From assembly GCA_030604855.1 (NCBI GenBank), contig JAUVVC010000003.1:60001-92000 (forward strand): DNA of 32,000 nt. Direction: 5' to 3'. The translations under genes were made by a program, and so were the position numbers. This document shows, in pieces, positions 10,661 through 17,222 of this stretch (its first letter is position 1; every line of letters begins with the position of its first letter). The notes beneath the pieces were generated by a model, which saw nothing but the letters and a program-made list of their open reading frames with translations, had not been told where the DNA came from and did no database searches. Origin of the DNA: Erysipelotrichaceae bacterium. Its GTDB lineage: Bacteria; Bacillota_I; Bacilli_A; Erysipelotrichales; Erysipelotrichaceae.

Positions 10661-10742
10661 TCAAATAAAAAGGGGAAAGAACAGGAAACGTTCGCCCCCT
10701 TTATTGGACACAATAAGCCAAAATAAGGCGGGAGGATGTTTT
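10661..10742 (+). promoter_or_regulatory. Conserved leader, copy 2
   Basis: CAAATAAAAAGGGGAAAGAACAGGAAACGTTCGCCCCCTTTATTGG ... GCCAAAATAAGGCGGGAGG. A TGTTATAAT extended -10 box lies upstream at 10623-10631. Confidence 0.65.
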
Positions 10743-11033
10743 ATGGAAGAGCTATATTTATTTGAGGGTTTTAATTTTACGCACAAAGAATTGCAAGTGA
10801 TTGAGAAGGTTAGAGAACAGAAATTCACAATTCAGAACTTCATTATGTTCTTCGGGTTCAACCGCACCAACGAGTTAATCCAAGCTAAGGTTCTAGGTGT
10901 CACTGGCAAGAACGAAAGAGGCGACGACTTGTATGGTTTTATTTTCTTTAATGAGAAAACGATGTCCTTTTCCTTACTTGGTTTACTTGTAAAAATTTCA
11001 CTCGAGAATCAATTCGGTAAATTACCCGAGTAA
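10743..11033 (+). CDS. Small hypothetical protein (96 aa)
   Basis: ATG lies 7 nt after RBS GGGAGG. The upstream part of track ORF 10644-11033 is the leader. Stop is TAA, then a terminator. Confidence 0.7.
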   Translation: MEELYLFEGFNFTHKELQVIEKVREQKFTIQNFIMFFGFNRTNELIQAKVLGVTGKNERGDDLYGFIFFNEKTMSFSLLGLLVKISLENQFGKLPE

Positions 11034-11047
11034 GCCTTCGAATATGA

Positions 11048-11072
11048 GAACACCAGAATAATGGTGTTTTTC
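11048..11072 (+). terminator. Terminator of the AACACC/GGTGTT family
   Basis: GAACACC-agaataat-GGTGTTT followed by TT. Confidence 0.75.
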
Positions 11073-11120
11073 TTTGTTTCATCGTTATAATACAAAAAAT
11101 CATTGAGTATAATGGGAATA

Positions 11121-11199
11121 TCAATAAAAAAGGGGAATAAACAGGAAGCGTTCACCCCTTTATTGGATTATAAGCCAAAATAAGGCGGGAGGATGTTGT
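11121..11199 (+). promoter_or_regulatory. Conserved leader, copy 3
   Basis: CAATAAAAAAGGGGAATAAACAGGAAGCGTTCACCCCTTTATTGG ... GCCAAAATAAGGCGGGAGG. Confidence 0.65.
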
Positions 11200-11514
11200 G
11201 TGGATTGCGAAGTGGTAGAGGCAGTAGAAGAGGTTGAAGAAGAATTTAAGGGTGTTGATTGAGAATTTATCGCTCAGCTTCATAACAGAACTGCAGCCGA
11301 TATTAGAGAATTCGTTTCGATTCTCGCGGAAGAAGAACAGATGACGAAACACCTATCATTTAGACTTGTCGATGATGATTTCTCTGGTCTCGGCGTGATG
11401 GTTTCATTTCGCGAAATGACAGAGTATAGTGAGTTATTTCGTTCGTTCTGTATTTTTTTGAAAGTCTCGGGATATACCTTTAAGAGTATCTGAAACCCGA
11501 AGCTTAAAGACTAA
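11200..11514 (+). CDS. Small acidic hypothetical protein, 104 aa in code 4 (GTG start; sense TGA at 11260 and 11491)
   Basis: The GTG sits at exactly the position of the ATG in leader copy 2 (GGGAGGATGTTGT-GTG versus GGGAGGATGTTTT-ATG). The frame is open to TAA 11512, and a terminator follows at once. The standard-code ORF track misses this gene. Confidence 0.65.
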
Positions 11515-11537
11515 GAACACCTGAAAAGGTGTTTTTT
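11515..11537 (+). terminator. Terminator of the AACACC/GGTGTT family
   Basis: GAACACC-tgaaaa-GGTGTT followed by TTTTT. Confidence 0.75.
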
Positions 11538-11594
11538 ACTGTATTATTTTTTATTATCCTTATATTTTTAAGGTTTCGATTATAGAATACAGTA

Positions 11595-11690
11595 TCAAAT
11601 AAAAAAAGGGGAACGAAAACTGGAAACATTCACCCCTTTTGTTTTGATTTGAAACACAAAACAAGGCCAAAAGAGCCGGGGAGAATGTGT
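11595..11690 (+). promoter_or_regulatory. Conserved leader, copy 4
   Basis: Nearly identical to copy 5 apart from one hairpin loop: AAAGGGGAACGAAAACTGGAAACATTCACCCCTTTTGTTTTG-loop-CAAAACAAGGCCAAAAGAGCCGGGGAGAATGTGT. Confidence 0.7.
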
Positions 11691-12044
11691 ATGAGAATGA
11701 ATATGGAATTCGTCAGTGGATTAAACGTGTTGGAGCAGTCCTGAATCAGGGATTCTCTACACGAACGCATCGAGCAGATTATAATGGAAAGCAAGGCGGA
11801 AGTTTTCGCTTTCGACGGCTGTCATAAGATTTATCTAATCGAGGATGAGAACGACATTGAAGAGGCGCGCAAATACGGATACGACATTTATCGTATCGAA
11901 CGCTTGGAAAGTGCCTTTCGACACAGTTGCTCAATGCGGTTCATTCAGGATTGGAATTTTAAAAAGTCCTATATTAAACAGTTTGAATTTATTGATGTTG
12001 TTGAACAAAAGGAGAAAGAAAATGAGATTTCCTTCACTGATTAA
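11691..12044 (+). CDS. Small hypothetical protein, 117 aa in code 4 (sense TGA at 11742)
   Basis: ATG lies 7 nt after RBS GGGGAG. Track ORF 11784-12044 is the C-terminal part in the same frame. Confidence 0.65.
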
Positions 12045-12303
12045 AGAAGCGAATATTTTTATTCCGACTATTGGCGAGAATTATAATCACACACTTGAAT
12101 ACATCAAGGATGACGTGTTAGATTATGCCGTTGACTTCGATATATACTATCGTGTTAACTGTTCTAATTCCGAAGATGGTAAGAGCGTAAATGTTCGAAT
12201 AATGTGTAAGACCGAACGTGAGTCTGAAGAAGCACTGATGTTCATCGGTTATATTCTTCAGTCTTATCCAGGAATGACCTGTTCGTACTCGAATGAAGAA
12301 TAA
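12022..12303 (+). CDS. Small acidic hypothetical protein (93 aa)
   Basis: RBS AAGGAG lies 7 nt before ATG 12022. It overlaps the previous gene end by 23 nt. The 5' part of track ORF 11845-12303 is an out-of-frame overlap. Confidence 0.6.
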   Translation: MRFPSLIKEANIFIPTIGENYNHTLEYIKDDVLDYAVDFDIYYRVNCSNSEDGKSVNVRIMCKTERESEEALMFIGYILQSYPGMTCSYSNEE

Positions 12304-12326
12304 AACACCAGTAAAATGGTGTTTTT
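12303..12326 (+). terminator. Terminator of the AACACC/GGTGTT family
   Basis: AAACACC-agtaaaat-GGTGTTT followed by TT. Confidence 0.75.
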
Positions 12327-12374
12327 CTTATTTTTATCATTATAAATCAAATAATTCATGCATATAATTGAATA

Positions 12375-12466
12375 TCAATAAAAAAGGGGAACGAAAACTG
12401 GAAACATTCACCCCTTTTGTTTTGAGAAACGCAAAACAAGGCCAAAAGAGCCGGGGAGAATGTGTG
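12375..12466 (+). promoter_or_regulatory. Conserved leader, copy 5
   Basis: Same sequence as copy 4 apart from the hairpin loop (agaaacg versus atttgaaaca). The distance from GGGG to the start codon differs by 2 nt, so the frame differs between the two copies. Confidence 0.7.
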
Positions 12467-12688
12467 ATGAAGAGAGCAGTTAAGGTTTTTGGTATTTTAA
12501 TGAATACCATATTAGGAGAAAACAACGAGTCTTTTGAAGAAGAAATGGCATTTGCAGATGCTGTTACGGCTTGAGAGCGCGGAGAAGGTGCTTTAATTAG
12601 AGAAGAAGCCCACAAAGCATCACAAGAAGAGCGATTGGCTTATTTAGATGACCAACACGAATTAATGATGGAATACTTAGGTGCATAG
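12467..12688 (+). CDS. Small acidic hypothetical protein, 73 aa in code 4 (sense TGA at 12572)
   Basis: ATG follows RBS GGGGAG. The frame is open to TAG 12686. Confidence 0.6.
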
Positions 12689-12690
12689 TT

Positions 12691-12954
12691 ATGAAAAGAA
12701 ACTATCAATTAACCGAAAAGCATTTCGAATTCGTCGATGGAAAATGAGTCTTGGTTCGTCCGGAATCTGTTGAAGTTGTTAATCACGAGTATTACCAAAA
12801 TTGTGTTTCTAAAGAAGCGATTAAGTTCTTTAGAGCATTAGGCGGTAAAGAAAACTTAATCTTTAAAAACGGGAAAGCGATTTTGGCCAGTGTCAGTCCT
12901 AATGGATTGATGAAAACTGTTAGAACGTTCGAAACGTTGGATTTTGAGGATTAA
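12691..12954 (+). CDS. Small hypothetical protein, 87 aa in code 4 (sense TGA at 12745)
   Basis: ATG lies 2 nt after the previous stop. Track ORF 12751-12954 is its C-terminal part in the same frame. Confidence 0.6.
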
Positions 12955-12956
12955 GC

Positions 12957-13220
12957 ATGACGTACAATGGAAAAAGCTACGCACGCATCTGTCCGAATCT
13001 ATTCGGGGAGCTGACGTTGAATGGCGAAGCTCTAAAAGCCGGCGATTATATCGCAATTCTTAGACTCGAAAAAGAAGAGCCTTATGAGGAGTTTGACACG
13101 GTTTTCTTTGGACATGTCGGTTACACAGACCGAAAAGCATTCCAACTTGAGAACTGCTGACCGCACGACCCGGAGGTTGAGGTATATGGACTATGAGCCG
13201 GAATACCTGAAAAGGATTAA
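12957..13220 (+). CDS. Small hypothetical protein, 87 aa in code 4 (sense TGA at 13158 and 13194)
   Basis: ATG lies 2 nt after the previous stop. Read-through ends at TAA 13218, 8 nt before a terminator. Confidence 0.55.
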
Positions 13221-13228
13221 TTAAACAC

Positions 13229-13251
13229 AAACACCAGAAATGGTGTTTTTT
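13229..13251 (+). terminator. Terminator of the AACACC/GGTGTT family
   Basis: AAACACC-agaaat-GGTGTT followed by TTTT. Confidence 0.75.
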
Positions 13252-13390
13252 AGTGCTTTTTAGGCGGTTTCCTATGTATTAAGGTATTTGTTCGTCTTCC
13301 TTCGAAACACCCCGAAAACAGGTTGTTTGACGCCCAAATAGGGGTGGCGGCTCAGGGGGAAGGATAATAGATTAAAAGGATAACACTTTC

Positions 13391-13500
13391 TTTAATATAA
13401 CTTTTATATTAAACTGTAAATATATCAAAATATATCAATTCAACCCTTAAAGCACCCTTTTTACCCGTTAAAGTTATAGAATACATATAATATAAATATA
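13391..13500. promoter_or_regulatory. AT-rich iteron/inverted-repeat region upstream of parA (candidate centromere-operator)
   Basis: Inverted repeat TTTAATATAA-ctt-TTATATTAAA (13391-13413). Direct repeat TATATCAA at 10-bp spacing (13421-13428 and 13431-13438). ACCCTTAAAG / ACCCGTTAAAG repeats. TATAAT at 13486-13491. Confidence 0.45.
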
Positions 13501-13540
13501 TTTAAATATATGGCTCAACAAGAGCTGAGGAGATATGATT

Positions 13541-14314
13541 ATGGGTAAAATTATCGCGTTAGCGAATCAAAAGGGTGGTGTTTCGAAGACGACATCATCC
13601 GCATTAATGGCCTATGGCCTTCATCATCGAGGTTTTAAAGTTTTATTGGTGGACTTAGACCCACAGCGGAATCTTTCAAAAAATATGAACGCGAAGACAA
13701 CCGGAGACGTTAAAACTTCCATGGAGCTACTTCTAGGGACGGCGACGGCGGAAGAAGCAATCCAGCACCTACCGTATTTCGACATCATCCCAGCGAAGAA
13801 AGAATTGGCTAGTATTGAGCCATTAATGCCATTGTCTGGTCGATTAAAAAAGCTTAAGAAGGGTTTAGCAGCCGTAAAGGACAAATATAATTATATTATT
13901 TTAGACACTGCACCGTCCCTAGGGGTACTTTCTGTAAACGCATTAGTGGCAGCGGATGAAGTTATTGTCCCGTCCACTGCTTCCGTATTCTCAATTGAAG
14001 GGTTTTTGGACTTTTTCCAGAATGTCAGAGACGTACAAGAGGACGATAACCCTGACTTAGTTATTAGAGGCGTACTCATCACCATGTTCAACGGTCGAGC
14101 CGTGATTTCAAAAGAATTGGCAGAAATGACAAAAACGCTCAGCGATAAATTCGATGTTAAAACCTTTGATTCTAAAATCCGCAGCTCAGTCTTCATTTCC
14201 GAGAGCCAAGTGCACCGATTCGACCCGTTCGTTGTCGACCCGAAAAACATCGTATGCCAAGACTTCAATAATTTCTTAGATGAATTTTTAGAAGGAGGAG
14301 CTCAAAATGGCTAA
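13541..14314 (+). CDS. parA: ParA/Soj-family partition ATPase
   Basis: Deviant Walker A motif KGGVSKTT near the N-terminus, and ILDTAPS (Walker B-like). GAGGAG lies 8 nt before ATG 13541; the track start at 13535 is too close to the RBS. Confidence 0.9.
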   Translation: MGKIIALANQKGGVSKTTSSALMAYGLHHRGFKVLLVDLDPQRNLSKNMNAKTTGDVKTSMELLLGTATAEEAIQHLPYFDIIPAKKELASIEPLMPLSGRLKKLKKGLAAVKDKYNYIILDTAPSLGVLSVNALVAADEVIVPSTASVFSIEGFLDFFQNVRDVQEDDNPDLVIRGVLITMFNGRAVISKELAEMTKTLSDKFDVKTFDSKIRSSVFISESQVHRFDPFVVDPKNIVCQDFNNFLDEFLEGGAQNG

Positions 14315-14789
14315 GAAAACACCCATACCTACAGACCGCTTCATGGAAGAAGAGGATATCCCACTCTATAAGCGCGCGGCTGGAATGAAAGCACAACAAG
14401 AAGAAAAACCTGTTGAGCCCAAGCCGAAAAAGGATAAGCCGAAGAAATCCAGTCCCGGAAATGATTTAGTCTTTTGTATGTTTAGGCTTAGACCAGACCA
14501 GATAGAAGCACTCGGTATTCTCTACGCGAAAACTCGTGCGAACGTATCCGGAATGGTACGCGACGCTCTAGAAGCGTATCTAAGCGATTATCTTACCGAA
14601 AAGATAACCAAGGTTCATATTCCGCTTGAATCGAACCAGACGGCTGGAAATGCGCTGGAGACGAAAGGGATTCGATTAAGCCCTAGACTCATCGAAGCGG
14701 TTGGAATTGTTGCTGTTTCCAACGGAGTTAACCGGAGTGAAATTGTTCGATTCGCGATTGATGAATTTTTAGCTAAAAAAGACGCCTAG
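14307..14789 (+). CDS. Tandem ribbon-helix-helix DNA-binding protein, probable centromere-binding partner of ParA
   Basis: Overlaps the parA stop by 8 nt. Lys/Pro-rich linker. Two RHH-like units (FRLRPDQIEALGILYAKTRANVSGMVRDALEAYL and IRLSPRLIEAVGIVAVSNGVNRSEIVRFAIDEFL). Confidence 0.65.
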   Translation: MAKKTPIPTDRFMEEEDIPLYKRAAGMKAQQEEKPVEPKPKKDKPKKSSPGNDLVFCMFRLRPDQIEALGILYAKTRANVSGMVRDALEAYLSDYLTEKITKVHIPLESNQTAGNALETKGIRLSPRLIEAVGIVAVSNGVNRSEIVRFAIDEFLAKKDA

Positions 14790-14800
14790 AAGGCGTTTTT
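14782..14800 (+). terminator. Intrinsic terminator overlapping the stop codon
   Basis: ACGCCT-aga-AGGCGT followed by TTTT. Confidence 0.7.
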
Positions 14801-14840
14801 AATTGGTTAATCGATTGATATAATAGGCTATACTTAGTAT

Positions 14841-15416
14841 ATGGAAATTAATGTTGTTGCCAATAATAAAGCTATCGTCTCATATGACAACGGTACTGAA
14901 ATTAAGATACCTTCACAGATGTTTCCTTTAAATGGTGAGCTAAAGCTTTTTACATCGAATAATACAGAGAATTTAACGGATTCAACGATTGAGTCTATAT
15001 TCAATTCTGTAAAGCCAAGAATGGGTAAATGTTATTATAACGCCCAGGACTTAATTGATGCCTTGATTGTTGGCGGTATTGACTCGAAACGCATAAAATC
15101 CTATGTAGGTTGGCTATTTGTTGGGGATACGAGACCAGTTCATCACTGTTTTGTTATGCTGGACGACAAACATGTTCTGGATTATGGACCCTTGAAGCTG
15201 TTTGAAAATTTTGATGAGTACACAGATATGGATTCACTCGATAGATTCAAGAATGACATCATTGAGAATGATGTGCTATTGAATTCACAGAAGATGACCT
15301 TCGGAAGAGCGCTGAACGTGATTGCCTATGTCGTTTCAGAGTGTAGCCCCAAAGAAGGCGAGAAGATACGAGCGAAGCTCGAAAAAGCTTACCCAAAGCA
15401 CATCAGTTTTCTTTAG
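14841..15416 (+). CDS. Hypothetical protein (191 aa)
   Basis: Intact ORF. TATAAT lies about 15 nt upstream and there is no clear RBS. Its single Trp codon is TGG. Confidence 0.55.
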   Translation: MEINVVANNKAIVSYDNGTEIKIPSQMFPLNGELKLFTSNNTENLTDSTIESIFNSVKPRMGKCYYNAQDLIDALIVGGIDSKRIKSYVGWLFVGDTRPVHHCFVMLDDKHVLDYGPLKLFENFDEYTDMDSLDRFKNDIIENDVLLNSQKMTFGRALNVIAYVVSECSPKEGEKIRAKLEKAYPKHISFL

Positions 15417-15429
15417 GTATCATGAAATG

Positions 15430-15455
15430 TAATTAGAATCCGCGGATTCTAATTA
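15430..15455. repeat. 26-bp perfect palindrome TAATTAGAATCCGCGGATTCTAATTA
   Basis: Read directly and self-complementary over all 26 nt. No T-run follows. Confidence 0.9.
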
Positions 15456-15496
15456 GAGCTTAATCATTATGCATTAAAAACATACTGTAAAACCAT

Positions 15497-15518
15497 GAAC
15501 ACCGAAAGGTGTTTTTTT
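15497..15518 (+). terminator. Terminator of the AACACC/GGTGTT family
   Basis: GAACACC-gaaa-GGTGTT followed by TTTTT. Confidence 0.75.
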
Positions 15519-16793
15519 GTTGTTTTCTAGGAGAAACCAGGGTCTATGCGTATCTAGATAGTGCACCCTTGGCTTAATGCAGGGTTTAGTCCATTGAAAT
15601 CTATGAAAAAGTTATAAATGACTTAGAGCCGCAATATGATGCGGCAAACAAATAAATAAAAAAACCAGTTGTCTCATTAGAATTTAGAGTTCTAAAAAGG
15701 CGACCTAGGCAATCTCGTACATTGCGTTGGTGTTTAACTAGTTGTCTTCATTATACACAGAAGAAAACGAAATATAACTAAAACCCTGTTGTAAACCTCG
15801 AGAAATGCCACTCGGGGTTTTTATATCATGATTAAATCCCAATTTAGCTAGGTGAAAAACGTTGGGTTGAAATAGAGTGGGTTGGCAGCCCAAAGTGGAA
15901 CTAGGTAGATGAAAGAAGTGCTCCGGACATAGGGTTTTTCGCGTTGCGCCTATGTTCGGGCAAACCCGCGCAGTAATTCAGAAGAAGAGCGGGAGACAAA
16001 AACTATTCTGGGGCTACAAGAAGACCATTGAAAGCATATGTGTCTGGGAGCAGATTACTAAAAACATACAGTAATCGAAAATCATAAGGGCTAAGTTATT
16101 AAAACGTTGGTGAATACATTCAGCAAGACGTCTTTCGAAAGGAAGTTGACTTAGGATAACGCGAATAATACGGATACAACACGGAGACTTAACTCGACCC
16201 GAGGGAAGAATCATTGTCTAGATTAATCAATACCAGCAAAACTCTCAAGGGTTTTCTGCGTCCCGCTGAAAAGATTAAGCCGTTTCAAGCCGTTTCTTCC
16301 TCTCGCTCGGGAAGTTGGGAATGCCAAAGATAAGGCTGAAACGAAAAGAAAACAAAACATAATAGCAAAGCAGCGGACGCGATAGAAAGTAAGTGTAAAC
16401 GGAAACGATACAGAATGAGTTGGATTCCGAGTAATTAAAAAAGTTTTACTAGAATCGAAAGTTAAACAAAGGAACTTAGCAGTGTAGATAAGAGTTAAGT
16501 GATAATCAATCAATAATGAATAGATAATCAGTTAAGTCTAATCTAATAAATACATACTAAACTAAGAATGACTCAATTCAACCTAATAGAGCTTCTCGTA
16601 CAATAAAGTGATTCTTGACTAAAAACATTGATTTTGGAAATAATTTTCTAAAATTCACTTTGTGGCATACTTATGCGACACAATAAATAAGGGCCAATTT
16701 TACAAAGATTTCAAACAAAAATTGTTGTTTTATAAGTCAAGAAAATGATATATGATAGCATAAATTGGCTAGGTGCCGTAAAGGAGAAATGAG
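15519..16793. other. 1.3-kb ORF-free region with a GC-richer structured core (about 15840-16450); candidate large ncRNA or origin region
   Basis: TAA/TAG occur in all frames, and only two short, low-complexity minus-strand ORFs are present. Local and long-range helices are listed in the findings. Confidence 0.4.
15796..15822 (+). terminator. Intrinsic terminator inside the ORF-free region
   Basis: CCTCGAG-aaatgcca-CTCGGGG (one G-U pair) followed by TTTTT. Confidence 0.5.
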
Positions 16794-17222
16794 ATGAAGT
16801 ATAGTCTTTTTAACTATAAAGAATTTGACGAAAATGATTGCGAGTTCAGAATCAACACCTATATTGTCGACGGTATAAAGTTGAGTGAATTGGAATTTGA
16901 TTCACTCAGATATGCAAGTCCCTTCGGAGATAACCCAAGTGGTTTGTTCTTTTACAGTATTTCTAAATCAAGATTTAGAAAACTAGTGAAGTTAGGAGTT
17001 ATATTAAAGGACCATGATAGTCCATATAGAGCTATGTATGTTGTTGATAAAAATTTTAAAAGACGATTGGATGAAATTGCAAAAGAACTTAAAGAAATCA
17101 ACACAATGAGAAAAGCAGAGCAATGGTCGATTGACAATGGCTATGAGTTGCTAATAACGTACCAAACCATGATTGATGTTGATAAAATCATGGATGTCAG
17201 GAAGGAAGCAAGACCAATATAA
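16794..17222 (+). CDS. Hypothetical protein (142 aa)
   Basis: RBS AAGGAG lies 7 nt before the ATG. Intact ORF. Its single Trp codon is TGG. Confidence 0.65.
   Translation: MKYSLFNYKEFDENDCEFRINTYIVDGIKLSELEFDSLRYASPFGDNPSGLFFYSISKSRFRKLVKLGVILKDHDSPYRAMYVVDKNFKRRLDEIAKELKEINTMRKAEQWSIDNGYELLITYQTMIDVDKIMDVRKEARPI

Noticed and set aside
11845-12021. Long version of ORF 11845-12303
   Set aside because: The 5' part overlaps the 11691-12044 gene out of frame. A strong AAGGAG RBS precedes the internal ATG at 12022.
10644-12466. N-terminal extensions of cassette proteins through the conserved leaders (track ORFs starting at 10644 and 12368)
   Set aside because: The extensions rely on TTG starts without an RBS. 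The nearly identical leaders 4 and 5 lie in different frames relative to their genes, so the conservation is not protein-coding. Good RBS-ATG pairs exist at 10743 and 12467.
188-13196. In-frame TGAs interpreted as nonsense mutations (a decayed, pseudogenised element)
   Set aside because: All 21 interruptions are TGA and none is TAA or TAG. There are no frameshifts, and the reading frames stay open for up to 2.5 kb on both strands. TGAs also occur in the second to tenth codons, right after good RBS/ATG starts. Random decay would not produce this pattern.
188-13196. TGA as selenocysteine
   Set aside because: There are too many sites, in unrelated non-redox proteins such as signal peptides, LRR repeats and tiny acidic proteins. 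There are up to five per gene, with no recurring SECIS-like hairpin downstream.
9877-15518. Integron-like gene-cassette array with attC hairpins served by the tyrosine recombinase
   Set aside because: The hairpins are short perfect stems followed by T-runs, which marks them as terminators. They lack the RYYYAAC/GTTRRRY core sites and extrahelical bases of attC. The cassettes carry their own promoters, and the recombinase is not adjacent to the array.
16014-16513. Minus-strand ORFs 16014-16214 and 16223-16513 in the ORF-free region
   Set aside because: They have no RBS and odd, Cys/Phe/Leu-rich low-complexity translations, and both end in genuine TAG/TAA. The region fits structured RNA or an origin better.
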